Below are positions 7,438 to 14,822 of a stretch of DNA of 14,822 bases, piece by piece. The translations under genes and the position numbers were made by a program. Where the stretch lies: NCBI GenBank assembly GCA_030668825.1, contig DAOVET010000062.1:1-14822 (forward strand), read 5' to 3'. The stretch is from Candidatus Heimdallarchaeota archaeon. GTDB lineage: Archaea; Asgardarchaeota; Heimdallarchaeia; Heimdallarchaeales; Heimdallarchaeaceae. The notes beneath the pieces are model-generated. The model saw only the letters and a list, made by a program, of their open reading frames with translations, was not told the origin of the DNA and did no database searches. The first letter of the stretch is position 1. Every line of letters begins with the position of its first letter.

Positions 7438-8671
7438 AAGAGTAGATCTAAGAAATAGGATTAACGTGATGTTATTTCACTTTGATCAAAGATTAGGACC
7501 TAGACTACTATTCAATGTAGCTGAAATACAAGACCCTAGAATAACAGCTTCCCTAACAAGACTTATGGATTTTAATTTTCTTCAAGAAATGAAAGCAATA
7601 GTCAATGCAATGGCAAACGTTGTTTATTCAAGTATGTTTTTCTCAATACCAAATCCAATGGCAAGGGGAGGAGTTGAACAATTCATGATTTCATTTGTGA
7701 TTTTTGACCCAACAATTACGGAATATCTTACAATATCATCGCTCGAAGAGGAGATGTCAAAAACAATAAGCAAACTCATGATGCTTTCTGAAATGTTTAT
7801 TATCATAACATATTCTAATCCAATTTTAGATGATTTTCCTGAAATTGAAAATTGCTTGAATGCATTAAGAGACAATGCAATAAACATTTTTCAAGATATA
7901 TTCTATGGGCAATTTGAAGGCGCTAAGGACGCAACTTCTCAAATTCTCGGGAAAATAGGGTATGAAGCAGGAAAACAAGTTTTACAACAAGTTAATGAAG
8001 GGGAATTTGAAAATTTAAGGTCTTATTTAGATGCAATAGTACAATCTCCAATAATTTCTAGATGGGGAAATATCAACATACTTCATTTTGATCCAGCAGA
8101 GAAGGTAGCAACAGTCTCACTTGATAGTTCTATTTGGACAGAATCTTTAGGAGTAATTGCTACAAAGACTTGTGCTTTTGTTGAAGGTATGCTTGAAGCA
8201 GTCTTCAGTAAAATTCTAGATGAGCATATCATCTGTGATGAGATGAGATGTGCTTCTGAATACAGTTATGTAAAGGATTGTATTTTTCAAATAGCTCCAG
8301 GTGGATCAAATAGAGAAATCACTTCTCATAGAGAAGATCAAACAATCAGGGAAATGGCTATAGAAGATAGAGAAAAAACAATGGAACACATCAGAGAAGA
8401 TATAGGAGAGCAATTCTACTATGAATTTGATCCAATGATAAAACTAATTCAATTGTTTAACAAAGCACCGTTTATATCCGATCATTTTATTCAAGAAACT
8501 GAAGAACAGGTTCAGTTCCTTGTTGTTTGTAATTATTGGAGATACCCAAATGACATAATCTGTAATTCTTGCGAAAAGTGGATTAGAGATTCAAGCAAAG
8601 TACCAATTACCCTACTTAAGAGTAAACATCGGATATGTGAAATAACATACAAAACTGAAGAAAACAAATAA
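7430..8671 (+). CDS. Fusion of an N-terminal uDENN/longin-like domain, a V4R domain and a Cys-containing C-terminal domain
   Basis: N-terminus has LFHFDQRLGP and FFSIPNPMARGGVEQFMISFV. The centre has LGKIGYEAG, RWG, TCAFVEGMLEAVF and DEMRC...CIF, the V4R pattern. Overlaps the upstream gene by 8 nt (ATGACTGA). Confidence 0.78.
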   Translation: MTERVDLRNRINVMLFHFDQRLGPRLLFNVAEIQDPRITASLTRLMDFNFLQEMKAIVNAMANVVYSSMFFSIPNPMARGGVEQFMISFVIFDPTITEYLTISSLEEEMSKTISKLMMLSEMFIIITYSNPILDDFPEIENCLNALRDNAINIFQDIFYGQFEGAKDATSQILGKIGYEAGKQVLQQVNEGEFENLRSYLDAIVQSPIISRWGNINILHFDPAEKVATVSLDSSIWTESLGVIATKTCAFVEGMLEAVFSKILDEHIICDEMRCASEYSYVKDCIFQIAPGGSNREITSHREDQTIREMAIEDREKTMEHIREDIGEQFYYEFDPMIKLIQLFNKAPFISDHFIQETEEQVQFLVVCNYWRYPNDIICNSCEKWIRDSSKVPITLLKSKHRICEITYKTEENK

Positions 8672-8863
8672 TGATAGTTTCAACTATTATCAAGATTCTG
8701 AATACAATTTTTTAACACTAAGTTAATTTGAGGAGATTATTCTCTCAGCATAATCACATATTAGAACCTCATCACAGGAATAAGAATCAAGAAATTTTTC
8801 AGACCGATCTAACCAGAGAGAGAGTAACTCTAAGTCTACAGTTTGCACAGAAAAATTCAATAT

Positions 8864-9100
8864 TTACATGAAATCTTCTAAACCTGATTGTTTCTTGGTT
8901 CTCATAAAATCCTTCAGTTCTTGATCCTTCTTGTCAATGAACCATTGTTTAATCAGTTTGGTTTCAGGATCAACAACAGACTTAGGTATCCAGATAGGTT
9001 TGTCACAGAAATTATCTATGAGAGCTAGATAGGCTTTTTTTGTCTCTAAATCTATTTTTCCCAATCTAAACTTTGAATACTTACTCTGTTTCTTCTCCAT
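8864..9100 (-). CDS. Small (78 aa) protein with a C-terminal PCNA-interacting (PIP-box) motif
   Basis: ATG at 9100 (MEKKQ...). Internal ETKKAYL...WIPKS...IKQW; ends KQSGLEDFM. The TTG extension to 9172 looks non-coding. Confidence 0.7.
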   Translation of the reverse strand: MEKKQSKYSKFRLGKIDLETKKAYLALIDNFCDKPIWIPKSVVDPETKLIKQWFIDKKDQELKDFMRTKKQSGLEDFM

Positions 9101-9211
9101 GTTAAAGAGAAAGAGGGGATTTCCATTTATAATGATGATAAAGGAGATAGGAGACGGTTTGAATAAAAGCAAGCAATAGATCTAATTAATACTATTCTAA
9201 GTCAAGTTAGA

Positions 9212-10413
9212 TTATGAAAGAGATTTCTTTTTAATAATGGCTGCTATACCGATCAAAAGTAATGATATCATAAAATAAGAGAACTTGATATCTAATCTTT
9301 CAAGAGAATTATTCAAAGGATACTTATCAACAGATTCAGCTAAACCATCAATAGGATAAGGTTTTTTTTTTGCCACTCAGACCAATAATTACCCTCTTTG
9401 AGTTCTTGATTGTACCATATATTTGACCCTTGTTCTCCATTATCTCTAGCTTGAGATGTTCCTCCAGGATTGTTACCTATGAAACTATTATGATAAACTG
9501 AATTGTTTGATGAGTATTTATTAAGTAACAACCCATAGAGAGAATTGTTTGCTATATAATTGCCAATGAATACGCTATTATCCACATCTTCTGCTAAACA
9601 GCCATATTCAGTATTATAACAAAATAAATTGTAAGAAATGGGTTAAAAACCTGTTTTTGTCAATATGCAACCATAGAAGTGATTATTATCAAGCATATTA
9701 CCTTTGATAGTGGAATTTGTAACTTCGAAAAATCCTCCTCTCGAGTTATAATTACAGATGTTGTTTAGTATAGTAGCATTTGACTCCTGATATAGAACCA
9801 TTCCTGCATTAATGTTAAACGAGTAATTATTATTCCAATATAAATTAGATACTGATTCAACAGAACAAATTGCATAATCTTCATTTTGAAAGCCTGTGTT
9901 TTGTTTGACTATAGAATTACTTGTATTTGAAAGAAAGATGCCAAGATTGTTATATGGACCACAGATATTATTGATAATCTGGACACCATTAGAGTTTTTG
10001 ACTGCAATCCCTACATCGCTTTTGAGAAGAGTATTTTCTTGAATAACAGCAGTTCCATCAGAAATATTCTCTATATAGATAGCTGACCATAAAGCCATTA
10101 GATAGCAATTCTGAATGAGAAAATGTTTAGTCGTGTTAATGATCACTATACCATTAAGATATTCTATCTCATCTAATGAATAATACTCAATTCGATAGGG
10201 ATTATCTTGAGTTCCATTCCCTGGAAATCCATAATCTGTAAAATTTGTGTCATTGACTATTGTAATGAATTCTATTAAGGATGATTCCTTAACTACTGTT
10301 ATATCAGCATTCACATGGTTGTAGTAAGTACTATTGTGAGCAAGACTTGATTTAAAATCAAATAATATAAGGCTAGAAAGAAAAATTACTATAATTACTT
10401 GGTATTTTTTCAT
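9212..10413 (-). pseudogene. Secreted NosD/CASH (right-handed parallel beta-helix) surface protein gene broken by a nonsense codon and a frameshift
   Basis: Signal peptide, GFPGNGTQDNPYRIE and repeated I.NN/GI motifs. An in-frame TAA at 9643-9645 is followed by the same frame (PISYNLFCYNTEYGC... into ORF 9340..9585). A frameshift at the A10 run (9362-9371) hides the tail PYPIDGLAESVDKYPL...TM...KKKSLS*, which ends at 9212. Confidence 0.85.
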
Positions 10414-10833
10414 TTTGATTCATCCTTCTTCTTGCGAATATTTTTTTACTAATTTTTGCTAGGACAATCTGTTATATTTTAGTTTATCTTTAAACTATTT
10501 AACTCCAAATCATATTGACTTGAGATTTGTAAAGCTGTAGTTTTATCTTCGCTTTTTCACTTGTCATCTACTATCTCTAGAGTTCATATAGTTAAATATA
10601 TGTATAAAATTACCACGTTTTGTGGATAAACTAATGGAGAATAGATACATATGAAACATACTTATTCCTAATGAATCTAGTAAGATTTAATAATTAAAAA
10701 AAGAAATTGAGCTAATTCAGAACAATTCGGAAATGTGTGAGAGTAGAAATTCAATGTATAGCTAGCAATGGCATTAATTTAGTTAAGTTTTATTAATAAT
10801 CTCTATCATCTGCTGATTTGTAATGATAGTATT

Positions 10834-11496
10834 TCAGACAATTCTCGGTTTTCTTCTTCTTCTAAATCTAATTATTGGATACAAACACAGTGAAAGAAAT
10901 ACTAGGGATGATATGTTTGAGAAGGTTACATTGTCAGTAGACTGATAGTTAAAGTTAGCGTATGTAATGTTCACTATACCAGAAGTCACAGTAATGTTCG
11001 TTTGTAAAGTCTCCCCTGCAACAATACTAAGTTCAGGAGATTCCCAAAATATTGGTCTATATAGAGTATAATTGCCATCCGGAAGTTGTGTCATATTTGC
11101 TTGATTAATATAAAAAACAACGTAATCATTTTCAGCTGTGATTCCAGATTGATAAGAATAACGTTTTACTTGTGCAAAACCAATTGCTATTGCTCCAAAT
11201 TCCAAAGATTGATTTACAAATGTTGCACCGATAAAGACTTTAGGGTCAAGAATTGATAATTCTACAACTGTTTGATTTTCATCTGCTCTATTTAAAATTT
11301 CCACACTTACATCTATACCATAAAAGGTAACATTGGGTACATTATAATCTGGATTTGGAATAACAACAATCTCATTAATTTTTGAAACTCTAGAAGCAAT
11401 TACTGGTAAATATCCTTGAGCTGATAAAATACTAGAAAATACAAGGATAGGGATAAAAATACTTATAACCAAGATTTTTACTGATTTTTCAATCAT
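10834..11496 (-). CDS. Secreted, C-terminally anchored glycoprotein with a probable Ig-like domain (paralog A)
   Basis: N-terminal signal/TM, many N-x-S/T sequons, LPDGNY motif, and a C-terminal hydrophobic helix followed by RRRRK. Confidence 0.85.
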   Translation of the reverse strand: MIEKSVKILVISIFIPILVFSSILSAQGYLPVIASRVSKINEIVVIPNPDYNVPNVTFYGIDVSVEILNRADENQTVVELSILDPKVFIGATFVNQSLEFGAIAIGFAQVKRYSYQSGITAENDYVVFYINQANMTQLPDGNYTLYRPIFWESPELSIVAGETLQTNITVTSGIVNITYANFNYQSTDNVTFSNISSLVFLSLCLYPIIRFRRRRKPRIV

Positions 11497-11537
11497 GTTT
11501 TTTTCTCCACTTGTTCAACTTACTAGCAGGTTGTCTC

Positions 11538-11567
11538 AAATTATATATGCTCAAATATATATATAAC
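11538..11567. promoter_or_regulatory. TATA-like elements in the divergent promoter between the paralog pair
   Basis: AAATTATATATG and AATATATATATAAC, 40-70 nt upstream of the ATG at 11496. A further TTTAAATA/TTTATAA block at about 11642-11668 precedes the ATG at 11708. Confidence 0.4.
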
Positions 11568-11707
11568 ATTTAGGCTGCTAATCTCCCCGTCATATGCTTA
11601 TGGAAGAGCTTATACTGAAAGAAGATGGGAATCATAAGAATTTTAAATATTCTTTCATATTTATAATTTAGGAAAAACTGAGACAAAAATAACAGGGAGA
11701 GAAAAAA

Positions 11708-12397
11708 ATGGATAAAAACAAAAAGAAAATCTTGATAGGAATAACTCTCATTCAATTGCTTCTTTATTCAAATGTTTTTTCAGTATATGGCGAATTACCT
11801 GTTATTGCTTCAAGGATATCTGAAATTATTGAAGTAACAGTTCTTACCGATTCAGCTTATAATACACCTAATAATACTGTATTTGGGATTGATACAAAAG
11901 TTGAAATCCTAAATAGAGATACTAAAAATCAAACTGTTGTTGAGGATGCAATTTGTTATCCAAAAGTTAATTTTAATGCAACATTAGTTAATCAATCATT
12001 AGAGATTGAACGAATATCAGCAGGGTGCCTTGATATTTTTGCAATGTATTACTATCAACCTAATATCACTATTGAATATGACATTATGAAGCTTTACGTT
12101 AATCAAACCGGTTTAAATCACCTTCCAGATGGTAATTATACTCTCTGGAGATATATTGAATATGGTTCTACAGTTGTCGATGGAACACCAGGAGAGATAC
12201 TCTTAACTCTTATCAATATGAATTCAGGAATCATGAATGTAACTTACAGTTATTTTGACAATCCACATACTAATGAAGTTAGTTTAACAGTCATGTTTCC
12301 AATCGCTTTCCTTGCAATATTTTCACAAATTGCTGCTATTTACAAAAAAAGAAACACAAATATCCTAAATATCTTCAAATTCCTGTACAAACTGTAG
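11708..12397 (+). CDS. Secreted, C-terminally anchored glycoprotein with a probable Ig-like domain (paralog B)
   Basis: Collinear with 10834..11496 (LPVIASR, GID..VEILNR...NQTVVE, VNQSLE, LPDGNYTL). Has a signal peptide and a C-terminal TM followed by KKR. Confidence 0.85.
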   Translation: MDKNKKKILIGITLIQLLLYSNVFSVYGELPVIASRISEIIEVTVLTDSAYNTPNNTVFGIDTKVEILNRDTKNQTVVEDAICYPKVNFNATLVNQSLEIERISAGCLDIFAMYYYQPNITIEYDIMKLYVNQTGLNHLPDGNYTLWRYIEYGSTVVDGTPGEILLTLINMNSGIMNVTYSYFDNPHTNEVSLTVMFPIAFLAIFSQIAAIYKKRNTNILNIFKFLYKL

Positions 12398-12493
12398 TTT
12401 GATTTTGCTATCATACTTTTTTATTTTTTTATATGTTACATTTCAGAACCTGTTTTGTCAATAGTCCAATAAATTTCAAAAAAGTTGTCTAAC

Positions 12494-13429
12494 TTATTGC
12501 CTATACTTTTTCTTCCTTAATAGATGCACGAAACTTATAAGACTGATTGAAATGATAATCAACGCTGCCTTATCCCCACTCGTTGTTGGTGTTTCTGTAG
12601 GTTGATCAGGCATATAAAAGACTCTATTTGAAGGAGGAGATAGGAACAATTCTTCCTCATAAACAACCAATCCTACTGCATAATAATATCCGGTTTCCAA
12701 ATCATCAACATTGAGAATAGAAGTCCAACGGTACCACCAACCACTAAATCCTCCCCAAGTTAGTATGACTGTTTTGACGTTATAATTAGAAGAATTGAAA
12801 ATACACCCATAGATAGCACTATTAAACAGAACATAATCAAGATAAATATATGGTTTTACAGTGATAGAAATTGATATGTGCATTATTCGACTCTCATTAC
12901 TTAAACCAAGTAGAGATTGATTAAAAGAGATACTGAAACCTATTTCAAATGAGTCAAGAGTATTATTATAATAATACAATCCTGTTGATACGATTAAATC
13001 GACATAATATATCCCTGGATATTCATAATAAAAAATAAATATGTCCTTTCCCCAGCCATTAAATCGATTCAAGTCGTAATCCATTGTATAATTGCTTGAA
13101 AAACCCTTATCATTGAAAATTACTAATGTTACATTATCTTCTGCACTTGCATCAATTATCGCTGTATCATTAGTGAAAGTAATATTCAGATTCATCACTG
13201 TTAAATAAGTAGTATTTTGTGATATTACTGGAGCATTTATTATTAATTGAAAATCATTAGTTAGTTTTTCATTTATCGAGGGTTTTTCATTAATCTTGAC
13301 TTTTCCAGAAGAACTTGAATGGTTCAAAGTTCCCAGTTGACATAAACTTGAAGATTCTTGCTTTAAAATAAAAGAAGAAGAACAAATCATAATCACAATT
13401 GCGATAGCAATTCTCAGATTCTTCTGCAT
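12494..13429 (-). CDS. Secreted/surface glycoprotein with two probable Ig-like domains, a P/T linker and a C-terminal anchor
   Basis: ATG at 13429 preceded by SD-like GGTGA. Signal peptide, PGIYYV and TGYYYA strands, PTETPTT linker, then TM plus RKKK. Confidence 0.8.
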   Translation of the reverse strand: MQKNLRIAIAIVIMICSSSFILKQESSSLCQLGTLNHSSSSGKVKINEKPSINEKLTNDFQLIINAPVISQNTTYLTVMNLNITFTNDTAIIDASAEDNVTLVIFNDKGFSSNYTMDYDLNRFNGWGKDIFIFYYEYPGIYYVDLIVSTGLYYYNNTLDSFEIGFSISFNQSLLGLSNESRIMHISISITVKPYIYLDYVLFNSAIYGCIFNSSNYNVKTVILTWGGFSGWWYRWTSILNVDDLETGYYYAVGLVVYEEELFLSPPSNRVFYMPDQPTETPTTSGDKAALIIISISLISFVHLLRKKKYRQ

Positions 13430-13518
13430 TAACTCACCCAATAATAGTCTCTCAATACATCTTATATAGCTTTTTCCGCAATCTGCAGTTTGCCTTGTAT
13501 TAGAATTCCAAGATTATA

Positions 13519-13611
13519 AGTATTGTTTAGAGATCCTCTTTTAATTTGGAAATGTTTCAACACTCAACAAGTCACTTTTAAATTTATAATCTATCAGTAT
13601 TGTTTGGAGAT
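13519..13611. repeat. Intergenic 16-bp direct repeat AGTATTGTTT(A/G)GAGAT, two copies
   Basis: Copies at 13519-13534 and 13596-13611, one mismatch, period 77 nt. Confidence 0.6.
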
Positions 13612-13637
13612 GAGATTTTACAAGCACAAAAATTGTG

Positions 13638-14822
13638 CTATATTTTGCTTTTACTTTTTCTTTTCGAACTAAATCGGAAATAACCAAATACAGCTAGTGG
13701 AATTAATACAACTAAAGAGAAAAATGCATAGTAGACATTCTTATTCTTATCAACTGGTGGTTTTCTAAGAGGGTAAGGATCTTCTGCTCCTGCAAATCCA
13801 TCAATGCTATAGTTGCCAACTCCTGAATAATCTGACCAGTAGTTACCTTCCAAGCTCTCTTCATCATACCATAAATTGTGGGTTCCATTATCATATGCTT
13901 GCGTTGTTCCATTATTATTGTTGATGAAAGTATTATGATGGATAACATTGTATGATGAAATTACACCCACTATAATGGCATAATTGTCGTTTTCCTCAAA
14001 CAAATTGGAAAAAACTTTAGTGTAAGTTACATGTTGCATGTCAATCCCATAGGAATTAAACTTGAATTCGTTTTTATTTATTGAAGAATTATAAACACCT
14101 GTTAAATATATTCCCAGCTCGTTTTTCTCAAATGAATTGCTTACAATTCGCAGATAAAGTGCCATTATACAAATTATTCCTCCAGATTTATCAGTAACTT
14201 GAGGATTTGGTAGGTTAGAACTAAAAAAGTTATTTGCAACAAGGGGCATGTAAACTTGACGCATATCTAGCCCCCTTGCATTCTTATTACATTGATTATA
14301 AGTTATGCTGCAATAATTTGAGTAACGGATATATATTCCATCTTCTAGATTGTCTGATATTGTACTATTAGAAACTGTACAGTATTCTGAACGAACTATA
14401 GATATTCCAATTGTATTATTAGAACATTCAATATTCTCAACAGAACAATAATCTGTTTCTAAAATCGTTACTCCATCGAAGGAGTTTTGAATTTCACATG
14501 AAGTAATTATACATGAATTACATCCATGTAAAGCTATACCAAATACTGTATTGTTAGTTGTACAATTTTCAAACACTGTTTCATCACAATAGAAAGCTCC
14601 AATTCCCATACTAACATTTTCGAAGATCATGTTCTGTACTTTTACTCCGACACATCTGATAAGAATGAGTTGTCCATAATCTCCCTCAATAACAAAATTA
14701 GAAGAATAGTAATATTTATGCTTAAAGTAACCTAGAGCTTTCCCATTCACAAGATTGTCTTCAAAATACCAAGTTACAACATCAACTTTCTCTACTTCTG
14801 CAAAGGAAACTCCACAATTAGT
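13638..14822 (-). CDS. NosD/CASH parallel beta-helix surface protein, 5'-truncated by the window edge
   Basis: The frame is open to nt 14822 (TNCGVSFAEVEKVDVVTWYFEDNLVNGK...). Repeated N..GI.L / I..N coils, HHNTFINN, GNYWSDY, YSIDG.A...DPYPL, and a C-terminal TM plus KRKSKSK. Confidence 0.92.
   Translation of the reverse strand, partial: TNCGVSFAEVEKVDVVTWYFEDNLVNGKALGYFKHKYYYSSNFVIEGDYGQLILIRCVGVKVQNMIFENVSMGIGAFYCDETVFENCTTNNTVFGIALHGCNSCIITSCEIQNSFDGVTILETDYCSVENIECSNNTIGISIVRSEYCTVSNSTISDNLEDGIYIRYSNYCSITYNQCNKNARGLDMRQVYMPLVANNFFSSNLPNPQVTDKSGGIICIMALYLRIVSNSFEKNELGIYLTGVYNSSINKNEFKFNSYGIDMQHVTYTKVFSNLFEENDNYAIIVGVISSYNVIHHNTFINNNNGTTQAYDNGTHNLWYDEESLEGNYWSDYSGVGNYSIDGFAGAEDPYPLRKPPVDKNKNVYYAFFSLVVLIPLAVFGYFRFSSKRKSKSKI

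Noticed and set aside
782-7887. Antisense or overlapping ORFs 782..985, 1784..1966, 3171..3428, 3574..3798, 4888..5130, 5224..5877, 5361..5552, 5941..6162, 6699..7001, 6835..7020 and 7624..7887
   Set aside because: All lie opposite well-supported genes, show the S/F/I/L-rich composition typical of antisense frames, and carry no recognisable motifs.
9643-9645. Stop-codon recoding (selenocysteine or pyrrolysine)
   Set aside because: The codon is TAA, not TGA or TAG, and TAA terminates several normal genes in the window.
10621-10629. Perfect bacterial DnaA box (TGTGGATAA) in a 420-bp AT-rich spacer; another copy lies at 9578-9586
   Set aside because: The context is archaeal, the copies are isolated (one is inside coding sequence), and there are no ORB-like repeats or cdc6/orc1 gene. 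Chance occurrence is likely.
11497-11707. Invertible promoter switch between the paralog pair
   Set aside because: I saw no flanking inverted repeats and no recombinase gene, and the paralogs are too diverged at the DNA level for easy homologous inversion.
11570-11755. 61-aa minus-strand ORF
   Set aside because: It spans the divergent promoter and overlaps the start of the 11708 gene; its hydrophobicity comes from T-rich non-coding DNA.
8671-12414. ATGATAG/CTATCAT heptamer and short hairpins near several gene 3' ends (8671, 10803-10829, 12408)
   Set aside because: Short, AT-rich and inconsistent in orientation; not distinguishable from chance.
13519-13611. Mini-CRISPR interpretation of the direct repeat
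   Set aside because: Only two 16-bp copies with a 61-nt gap, and no cas genes in the window.
13712-13948. 78-aa alternative-frame ORF inside the NosD-type gene
   Set aside because: The main frame is intact through this region, so it is an out-of-frame shadow rather than a frameshift product.

Overview
AT-rich archaeal DNA, most consistent with an Asgard archaeon (inferred from a group II chaperonin, eS25, a uDENN/longin-like protein, V4R and multiple NosD/CASH surface proteins). The left ~8.7 kb carries: a 5'-truncated thermosome subunit, a one-HEAT-repeat microprotein, a flavodiiron protein (FprA), a RadA-family protein with motifs of eukaryotic RAD51 paralogs, eS25, and a four-gene same-strand run. 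That run encodes a UroD/MtaA-superfamily enzyme, a membrane PH-like protein, a motif-degenerate MfnF-like ASKHA protein and a uDENN/longin-V4R fusion. A 78-aa protein with a C-terminal PIP box follows. The right ~5.6 kb is a cluster of secreted, sequon-rich proteins with C-terminal anchors: a doubly disrupted NosD-type gene, a head-to-head paralog pair, a tandem Ig-like protein and a second NosD-type gene running off the window. I saw no RNA genes, CRISPR arrays or mobile elements. All family assignments come from motif recognition by eye, and reference motifs are quoted from memory.
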